In this document: positions 1 through 7,600 of the stretch, in pieces
Numbering within the stretch: position 1 is the stretch's first letter
Layout of the letters: the number at the start of each line of letters is the position of its first letter
IMG/VR virus record: IMGVR_UViG_3300028840_003497
Coordinates: 96,001-160,000 of that record
Reading direction: 5' to 3' (one strand)
Source: a virus
DNA: 64,000 nt
The notes under the pieces: model-generated
Told to the model about the DNA's origin: nothing
Databases searched by the model: none
What the model saw: the letters and a program-made list of their open reading frames with translations, nothing else
Made by a program: the position numbers and the translations under genes

Positions 1-45
1 CCGGGCGTGTCAGCCCGGCTCCCCCTCATCCTCGGGAGCATCCTA

Positions 46-118
46 TAGCGGGAGCCGGACTCGAACCGGCGACTCTAGGCTTATGAGACCTAACGGCTAC
101 CAACTGCCACATCCCGCT
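46..118 (-). tRNA. tRNA-Met (CAT)
   Basis: Cloverleaf on minus strand: acceptor AGCGGGA/TCCCGCT+A, anticodon arm TAGGT-CTCATAA-GCCTA, T arm GCCGG-TTCGAGT-CCGGC. Met versus Ile2 identity not resolvable. Confidence 0.9.
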
Positions 119-167
119 ATGCCGACGGGCCTTCCACCCGCCTCGTCCGCTCAAAAACGGATCTCCC

Positions 168-316
168 GGTCCTATTTTGGGTGACCGAGCCGAATATCCC
201 CCATACCTCTTGTGGCTGAACCTCTCGGTCCGCCAGCCATGGGACGCGGCATGGTCACGCTACCCCAGAGCTAATCAACGCCTCCACCAGTACGAGTTTA
301 AGGTCATCCCAGGACC
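168..316 (-). ncRNA. Candidate structured ncRNA between tmRNA and tRNA-Met
   Basis: Ends pair (GGTCCT-GGG-A-TGACC with GGTCA-CCC-AAAAT-AGGACC); internal hairpin TGGCTG-GCG-GACC-GAGA-GGTT-CAGCCA. Confidence 0.45.
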
Positions 317-318
317 AT

Positions 319-693
319 TGGAGATGCCCGGGATCGAACCGGGGTCCATTGAAGCTTCATATGCGAATCGTCACGTGCATAGTCTGCCTTCGTTCAACCG
401 GGGACTTCCAGCAGACGAGTCATCCCAAGCTTACCCCGCTTTTGTTGTTCTCAGGAGGCCGCGAGGTGCCTCCACTGAGTTTGTCCGTGTAATTATGCCC
501 GCCTAGCTACTCAGACTCCTCACTAGGTGGACACCCATCAAGCAGCCTTGGCGACTGGAGTCACTTTGGCCTTCGGGAAGGGAATTACATTATTGGTAAT
601 TCATTTTTGAAAATCCTTTTTAACCCGCCGAACTTCCAAGGCGGGACACGCATCACACACTCCGTTCATCAATGTCGAAACCATATCATCCCC
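319..693 (-). ncRNA. ssrA: tmRNA
   Basis: 5' GGGGATGATATGGTTTCGAC and 3' GGACCCCGGTTCGATCCCGGGCATCTCCA give an Ala-type acceptor with G3.U70. Internal tag frame 597-538 reads TNNVIPFPKAKVTPVAKAA-stop. Confidence 0.95.
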
Positions 694-708
694 TAAATCA
701 AAAAAAAT

Positions 709-850
709 GCGCCGAGTGAATTTGCAAGAGACGATGCACGACGCTCTACCGTTGAGCCAATCCCCCGTAAATTGGGGGATCCAGGATTCGAACCTGGAAC
801 CTTCGGATTATCATTCCAAAATGCTGAAGTCTCTCTCTAGTTCTCAGCGC
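709..850 (-). ncRNA. YrlA-like Y RNA (circularly permuted tRNA-like domain)
   Basis: T arm (CCAGG-TTCGAAT-CCTGG) precedes a loop-closed acceptor-like stem (ATCCCCC/GGGGGAT) and then a D arm (GCTC-AACGGTA-GAGC), all inside terminal stems GCGCTGAG/CTCGGCGC and AGAGAC/GTCTCT. Confidence 0.7.
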
Positions 851-856
851 CAAGAG

Positions 857-1225
857 TTATACTGCCATTCTCACCTCGCGTTTGTCAACATCTTTTGTTC
901 TTTTATCCTTCATATAGGCACTGGCCTCATTAATCCAGGCCGACACCTCGTCGTCTGTCGCTCCGAACCTACGGGCATGAGCCTCGACCTTGGAAAGCCT
1001 CGGAGGGTTCGCCGTGTGCGGCTCCATGGCCGCGTAAGACACTCCACGCAGGAGTCCATAGGCCAGCAAGTTCTCACGGGCAGCTTGCCGCACCACCGTC
1101 TTCCGATGATGGTTGAGATTCCACTTCGCCTTGCCGCTGACCTTCGCGGCCTCTTCTCGGATTGTTCTCGCCTCGTCAGCGAGGTTTTTGATCTTTATTT
1201 TTAGATGAATCAGTCGTTCGTTCAT
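857..1225 (-). CDS. Hypothetical phage protein
   Basis: ORF 857..1258; start moved to ATG 1225 behind SD AAGGAGG. Confidence 0.7.
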   Translation of the reverse strand: MNERLIHLKIKIKNLADEARTIREEAAKVSGKAKWNLNHHRKTVVRQAARENLLAYGLLRGVSYAAMEPHTANPPRLSKVEAHARRFGATDDEVSAWINEASAYMKDKRTKDVDKREVRMAV

Positions 1226-1226
1226 T

Positions 1227-1351
1227 GTCTTCCTCCTTAGATTGTTAATAGACAGCACAAAGGAAGACTGTGGGGTGGGGCTCTAGCTCCGGCGCATTCA
1301 GGTAAAACGTGTCATGCCAACCAACGTAATCATGCAAATCTGGGGTGTCAA
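1227..1351 (-). promoter_or_regulatory. sigma70-type promoter plus leader uORF/anti-SD attenuator candidate
   Basis: TTGACA-N17-TACGTT, then ATG 1315 (MTRFT-stop); GTCTTCCT (1261-1268) is complementary to the SD region AGGAAGAC. Confidence 0.5.
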
Positions 1352-1355
1352 CCGC

Positions 1356-1544
1356 CTACTTGTTTTTTTTGAATGCATTTGTGATGGCTTTCTTTAGAGT
1401 CTCGGCATCGTCGTGCAATTCTTCTTTCAATTGACTATATTGCCATTCCGGCATTCTAAAAACACAGTTCAACCCGGCGATCTCCACACTCACAGCAAGG
1501 TACGTCTCTTGGGTTATAGTTCCTTGTTGTTCAATAATTTCCAT
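1356..1544 (-). CDS. Hypothetical protein
   Basis: 62-aa ORF with AGAAGGA upstream, on the coding strand. Confidence 0.55.
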   Translation of the reverse strand: MEIIEQQGTITQETYLAVSVEIAGLNCVFRMPEWQYSQLKEELHDDAETLKKAITNAFKKNK

Positions 1545-1605
1545 GGATCCTTCTTTGCTGTTTTTTCTTTACCATCTGCGCCACTCCGGGAGTCGAACCC
1601 AGGAT

Positions 1606-1678
1606 TGGCGAGAGCGGCGAGAGTCGAACTCGCAACTTCGGGATTGAAAGCCCTAGCCTGCCCGCGCAGAACGCTCTC
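1606..1678 (-). tRNA. Atypical tRNA, anticodon probably TTC (Glu), 4-nt D-loop, encoded CCA
   Basis: GAGAGCG/CGCTCTC+GCCA acceptor, D arm CTGC-GCGG-GCAG, loop CTTTCAA, T arm GCGAG-TTCGACT-CTCGC. Confidence 0.65.
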
Positions 1679-1943
1679 TTTTTCTCAGTTTTTCCCATTA
1701 TTCTCCATCTTGAGCTTTATGCTCTTGAGAGTATTTCCAATATCAAAACACTGCGCTAAAATTCCGACCAAGAATCCGATCACAGCATGCTCAAAGCCGC
1801 CCTCGTCAACAAAAACCGAGGCGACAAGAAGTACACTCCCACATAAGAGCAGCAGGATTTGCGATAACCTCCAAAGAATGTCTCGAACCATCCTGTTTAT
1901 TATCTTTCTGTTTATTATCTTTCTGTTTTTCATATCCAACCTC

Positions 1944-2399
1944 CTACTCAACCCTGATACTGAACTTCCCAAGAACCTCGTACTCGACATTGAACACAAT
2001 CTCCCCTTTGTCACTATTTGACGATTCCTCATCACAATCTACAGACATGGGCCGGACCATCCATATCTCATCGTCTGGAACTTGCTCGTTAACTATCACA
2101 GGAATGTCCAGCGCATCGCACACAGATTTAGAAGCCGCAAAGACACCCTTCTTGGATTCAATAAACCCAGACTCCTCCGCTGCATGAAGATGCTTCTCAA
2201 TGACATTCTTAATACGCATCTTTATTTCGTCATCGTATTCCATCTCTCCAACTCGACATTCATCCAGTGACTTCTTCAGACTCTTGGACAAATATGAAAA
2301 CAATCTGCTAACGTTCAGTTCATATGACGAAGATTCAAGCGTGCGCTGCCCCCACAATTTTTGAGATTCGTCAACCATCATAGGGAATCTCTGCGTCAA
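1944..2399 (-). CDS. Hypothetical protein
   Basis: ORF track; part of a tightly packed minus-strand run. Confidence 0.55.
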   Translation of the reverse strand: MTQRFPMMVDESQKLWGQRTLESSSYELNVSRLFSYLSKSLKKSLDECRVGEMEYDDEIKMRIKNVIEKHLHAAEESGFIESKKGVFAASKSVCDALDIPVIVNEQVPDDEIWMVRPMSVDCDEESSNSDKGEIVFNVEYEVLGKFSIRVE

Positions 2400-2577
2400 A
2401 GACTTGATCTCCGCAAACTTTACGCATTATCAAATAGATCGCACGCCGCATCCTCTTCTCGTTGCCACCCTTAACAGCCACCCCAAAAACAACCGGATCT
2501 TTCATCGTCTGCTCGACAATCTGATCCATCGAGTGTTCAAGGATCGGCCTGAGATACTTTTCCAAATCCATCAACAC
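2371..2577 (-). CDS. Hypothetical protein
   Basis: ORF overlapping its neighbours, with SD upstream. Confidence 0.55.
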   Translation of the reverse strand: MLMDLEKYLRPILEHSMDQIVEQTMKDPVVFGVAVKGGNEKRMRRAIYLIMRKVCGDQVFDAEIPYDG

Positions 2578-2798
2578 CCCTCCTTCTCTCTTGTTTTTTC
2601 CAGCAGCGAACAGATCACATCCGCGTGCGTCACGTTGCTACGTTCCAACTTGTCTACTCGATCAGACGCAGCAGCGAATATATTGTCTAGCTGCGCTTCC
2701 AACTTCTTAACCTCACGCCCCCTGGCGAGCCAACCGAACACAAACCCGATAACCAGCTCAATAACGACCCAGAGCACTGCAAGCAAAAACAAATTCAT
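2571..2798 (-). CDS. Small membrane protein
   Basis: N-terminal hydrophobic helix followed by a coiled-coil-like segment. Confidence 0.6.
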   Translation of the reverse strand: MNLFLLAVLWVVIELVIGFVFGWLARGREVKKLEAQLDNIFAAASDRVDKLERSNVTHADVICSLLEKTREKEGC

Positions 2799-3013
2799 AA
2801 CTTTACTGCCTCCCTAGCCTTGACGAACTCGACTGGAGTCCACATCCCACGTTGCGCACCGTCATACAGTACGAGACACGTTCCCTCGCTCACAAAGCAC
2901 TTTCTGATTACTTCTCCATCAACCTTAAGACCCATGAAACCATCGACGTGGACACGATCACCTTCGCTGAATCTAACTTCAATACTTTTCATAATCACTC
3001 CCAGATTAACCAA

Positions 3014-3220
3014 TGAACAAGGCAGGACTCGAACCTGCAATACAGCCTTTCACGTCAACGATATAACCGGCATGATGACGCTCCACGAAACGCAAACTAA
3101 AATAGAGTATCGCTGTAGCCTTATTCAGCACTCTATGACGACGGCCTTTATACGTTTTCATCCGTCCACGTTATCGCTGTCCCTCGTAGTTGGGGCGTTT
3201 ACCTGCTTCGCCACTTGTTC
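3014..3220 (-). ncRNA. tRNA-like RNA with a very large insertion replacing the anticodon arm
   Basis: Acceptor GAACAAG/CTTGTTC+A, D arm GCG-AAGCAGGTAAA-CGC, T arm GCAGG-TTCGAGT-CCTGC; total 207 nt. Confidence 0.7.
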
Positions 3221-3392
3221 CAATACCACCGTCGTACAACAACGCCGGGCAACCCCGGTGGCCCTCCTCATCCCGTCCAGTCGAGCGTCCCCGACCATGC
3301 TCTCCACGACCTCAGCCGTCGCCAAACCCGCGATACCCGAAGGCTTTCCTTGATCGCCACGCATATCACATAACCGAGAATCGCCCGGATTG

Positions 3393-3406
3393 CGAACTCA
3401 AGTTCG
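3393..3406. promoter_or_regulatory. Palindromic 14-mer CGAACTCAAGTTCG (copy 1 of 6)
   Basis: Exact copies also at 15285 and 35223, and reverse-complement copies at 40038, 42141 and 60203. Confidence 0.7.
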
Positions 3407-3432
3407 TTTCTCGGACTATCGTATTCCACATC

Positions 3433-4026
3433 TTAAAACCCCACATCTCCATCGGTGCCGAGGATCATCGATTTGTACTCTCCGAACCTCTTGCCAACCT
3501 CATCGACCAACGTCTCCAGCTGCTCCTCAAAGTCAGATCCGTCGGAAAGCCTCCTGGACGCAGAAACGTCCACTTTATTAGAATCCTTCCCCTTCTTTTT
3601 GAATGTTCCACCGTAGTCAAGCCAAATAGCCATCTTAACGCCTAGACCATTTAGGTTGATCGGACTGAACTCGCGGTCCTCTCCTCTTATGAAAGCTTCC
3701 TCCCGATCGAGCACTTCCTCTATGGCAGCCCGCATCCGAGAATAGGCTGCGTCGCGCTCCTCTTGAGATGGTTCACCCTCGATCCCCACTTTGATCCCAA
3801 TTGCAAACCGAGCAAATTCGAAATTCTTCAATGAAATAGTCCGTCCAGCATGAACCATCAAATTCTCTGTATCCTCGTCTGTCTGGATCGCAGGCTTCCC
3901 ATCACTCGTCACATCCTCTTTTACAAGTCTTGCCGGGTTTTTCCCAACAGTGTGAACAAGACCATCTTTACCCTCAACGATTTGTTTTCCCATCTCAGCC
4001 CCCCGCGACATCTTGCCGCGTTTCAT
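3433..4026 (-). CDS. Hypothetical protein
   Basis: 197-aa ORF on the coding strand. Confidence 0.65.
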   Translation of the reverse strand: MKRGKMSRGAEMGKQIVEGKDGLVHTVGKNPARLVKEDVTSDGKPAIQTDEDTENLMVHAGRTISLKNFEFARFAIGIKVGIEGEPSQEERDAAYSRMRAAIEEVLDREEAFIRGEDREFSPINLNGLGVKMAIWLDYGGTFKKKGKDSNKVDVSASRRLSDGSDFEEQLETLVDEVGKRFGEYKSMILGTDGDVGF

Positions 4027-4057
4027 TTAGACACATTACGCACTAAAGCGCGTTTAG

Positions 4058-4579
4058 TCAACAAGAATAAACGCCTACTTCCATCCAACCATCCTCTATT
4101 TCTTTTCTGAAGGACTCGTCCCGCAGTGCAACCTTGCCGCGTCGAGAAATGGCCATTTGCATGATCAATATCATTGAATCCGTAAAAAGCCGATCTCCGC
4201 GTTTCGATCTGATCGGCGTCATAGGAAGCAACCCAACCTTCGTCCAGTAGTTGATAGTGTCCACAGACCTGTTCAACCGCTGAGCCGTCACCGTCACAGT
4301 GTACGCCTGGCACATCTCCCCGTTGACCATCACATCCACGGGCTTACGAGGCCCTGTGGGGCGCGCTGGAGGCAACTTGCCTGCCGCACGCAGCTTCTCC
4401 CGCTCTTCCTTCTTCCTCCGCCTGTAATCCCGAGCCGCCGCCTTGGCTTTTTCTCGGTAACTCGGGTCAGTGTGGTATTTGTCGTGCCGCTTCTTAGAAA
4501 GCTCCGCCTTGTGATCCAGGTAATAGTCCTGAAAATACGCTTTTCGGCCATCTTTTGTATTATCGTCAGATCCCAGCAT
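4058..4579 (-). CDS. MerR-type HTH DNA-binding protein
   Basis: AYTVTVTAQRLNRSVDTINYWTKVGLLP...GDRLFT matches the MerR winged HTH pattern. Confidence 0.7.
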   Translation of the reverse strand: MLGSDDNTKDGRKAYFQDYYLDHKAELSKKRHDKYHTDPSYREKAKAAARDYRRRKKEEREKLRAAGKLPPARPTGPRKPVDVMVNGEMCQAYTVTVTAQRLNRSVDTINYWTKVGLLPMTPIRSKRGDRLFTDSMILIMQMAISRRGKVALRDESFRKEIEDGWMEVGVYSC

Positions 4580-4637
4580 GAATTCCCTCTCGCAGAAGAA
4601 TCACTTTAAACCCTACTCTGCATTTTCACAACATTAT

Positions 4638-7600
4638 TCAAAGCGTCCCCAGTTTCTTATAAAAACGCATCCTCCTCCGGTACTTTGGATTCAATTGAAC
4701 AATCATTTCGTCAACTACATCAACCACAATCGGCTGTGGTTTCTGCTTGCATTTCCCAGCACGCCAGGGACATGCCACCTCGCACTTTCCATCCTGCGGA
4801 AAGCACCACCTCTGAATACGACCCACTATTTGCTCAACATCGCTAATCGGAGTCGCCATCACCAGAACATCGATCGACGGAATGTCGAGGCCCTCCTCAC
4901 AATTATGCACAACAAAACCATCGCATAAAAAGTTAGACTCGCCCTCCATGGTAAAATCATAAACGTCCCTAGATCTAACACTTTCTACAGACACAACACG
5001 AACCCATAAAGCATCAGAATTAGACCACTCAAGCAACATTTCGTTATTGGTTGCATCTGCTACGGATTTCAACAGACTGCGATGGACACCGTTGCGATGA
5101 ATACTTCCACCCACCGGAACAGCCACGCTTCCTATGATATCTTTCTTTCGAAGACCCTGAGAACGCAAAACCCTCATCGCATGAATCCACTGCTCCTCTG
5201 GAATACGCAACCCAACTCCGTCTTCTGCTCTGTCAAGTTTGCACAGATCTGAAAGCATCTTCCTCTTTCGAGGCATCAAATAAGGACCAACAAAATCCAT
5301 CATTTTTTTAATCCAAAACATGCCAGCAACCTTAACAGTCCAATATCTCCTCCTTCTGACAGAATTAGAACGCTTCGCAGATCTAACAAAAGAAATAATC
5401 CCGTGCCCAAGTAACATATGTTGAACCTGATACGCCAATTTCCTACTTGAACTACAGTGAGAAATCTCAAGTTTTTTACGACCAACATTTCCATCGGTAT
5501 CTATAAGGGCCGCAATTAATGCACCGGCACTTTCTCGGTCACAAAACAGCAATCTATCCGACAACTTCTTCTCCCACGCCCGACATCCGTCCAAGCCATG
5601 ACTTTCGGCCAATTTGCGAAACTTAGACTTAACCCCACCACCATTCTTGCCACCCAAAACTACACGATATTTCCCAGGCTCCTTGTCCTTTTCGCATAAC
5701 GCTGCATTATATTCAGAAAGCAAAAACGACACATTATCCACAATATCTTTATCTATATTAAAAAAAGCAGCCTGACCACTAGCCAACTGAGAAGTGTTCC
5801 CATCGCCTATAAAATAACCCATCAATGCAGCCTCATTCACCTCCACATCACTTTTTCCGTCCAGTTGAGCATTGCCCGGAATCATAAGCCAATCCCCAAC
5901 CACAATCTCATCAGATCTCACCCACCCTCGCTGCGACATAACACGATGATCTCCGCTCACAGATAAAGACATCACAGATCTATTATCACCACCTCTCCCG
6001 CATGATATTTTAAGAACATCTTTCACCCCCGTTTTCCATGCCTTAACAATCTTATTCGGAACAAAATCTCCAACACCCTCCCTGTAAGATAACAGCCTAA
6101 CACCCTCCTCCCCGCACAAATCCCTTACGAAGAGAGGTTCGCCAGTATCGGCATCGACAACAATACTATCGCCATCAACACACATCTGTTTTGTAGCAAA
6201 AATAACATTCGCAGATTCGGCATGCGCCAACTCTTCGGACGTCCTGTTTTTGAGCTTCATCTCTCCTTTACGATGCAGAATATTCCCACGCTTCCCACGC
6301 TTCGTTTCCTTCCACACCTCGCCACTGAACCACTGCCCGGTGTAGAAATCGATCCTCGGAACGAAGTCCAAATCGAGCCCGAACAGAATGCCGCCAAGCT
6401 GCTCGGCCATCTCCTTGAGGTGTTCCAGCCGCTCACTGACGACCATGAGCTTCCGACCGGCCTGGACCGCCTTCACCATGTCGTCCACGATGTGCCGCGT
6501 CCTGAATTTGTCGGCAGCGAGCTGGTTAACGATCTGGCCACTGTTTAAATTGTCGATCGATACTTGGTACTTGCCACGGGAGATCCTCTTAAGAGTTGAA
6601 TCCGTGATAACCCTCCGCAGCTTCGGACGCATCATCTTCGTATGTACCGAGTATGTGATCGGAGATATGTGCTTAAAGAAAACGTCCTGCGAGCCGTCCT
6701 TGCGACGTGGAGTCGCCGTAACACCCAATCTCCATGCTGCCTTGAACCGAGGAATGATACCAGCCCACGATCCAGCCCCGACGCGGTGGCAATTATGAAC
6801 GACCGCCCCTGTTTCAAGGATGTAAGAAGGATGCCCAGAAACATTCAGGTTGTAAACACGGACTCGATCTCCCTCAGTACAGATGGCAAATCGCTCAAGA
6901 TCCTCTCGTTTGAGAACCTCAACACTTTCCACCCTAATCCCATTAAGCATCGACCTTTTTTTGCATCCTGCTCCCGACGACTGAGAAGTTTGTGTGACCG
7001 ACCGTCCACCTCCACAGCCACCATCCTCTTCCTGTTCGCCAAGTCCACTTTGTAGGACGCGGGATATCTGTCTGGATTCACGCGCTTGACCATCGTTCTG
7101 ATCGCCACCTCTGGCTTCCACCCTTTCCCGAGAGCATCCAAGAGCATCAATTGAGGAACGGTCATTCCGGTCCCGTTTCCACCCCTCACCGGAGGACGAT
7201 GCCCCATGCTCCTCAAAGAACGAGACACCTTCCTTCTCACCTTTTCTAATGACATCGGATTCGACACTTTCATCCGACGCGAAGCTTCCTCTCGCACCTG
7301 CGGATTCTTCTTGTGCCATTTTAATACAGCGTCGGAAAGCTTCTTCGTAAAAAGGCTGGAATTCTCCGACATCCATTTCCGCTGACAGGATGTCGAACAA
7401 AATCTTGTCCTCTTCTGCTTCGTCTCCACCACCCCGCAGTACTCGCACATCGCCTGCCGCTTGCGCCTCGCCGCTCCAGAACACTTCCTCGAACAATACT
7501 TCCGACCGGCCCTCACAGAATTCGGCTTCCTGCACATCTGACACGACTGAGTTTTTGCACGTCCCATATCTCCGCATCATACCAATGCACTCTGAGTGCG

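Noticed and set aside
177-1204. Plus-strand ORFs 177..506 and 707..1204
   Set aside because: Antisense to tmRNA, the Y RNA and a real gene; no motifs.
3100-3140. Hammerhead ribozyme inside the tRNA-like insert
   Set aside because: CTGAATAA...GATAC deviates from the CUGANGA/GAAA core.
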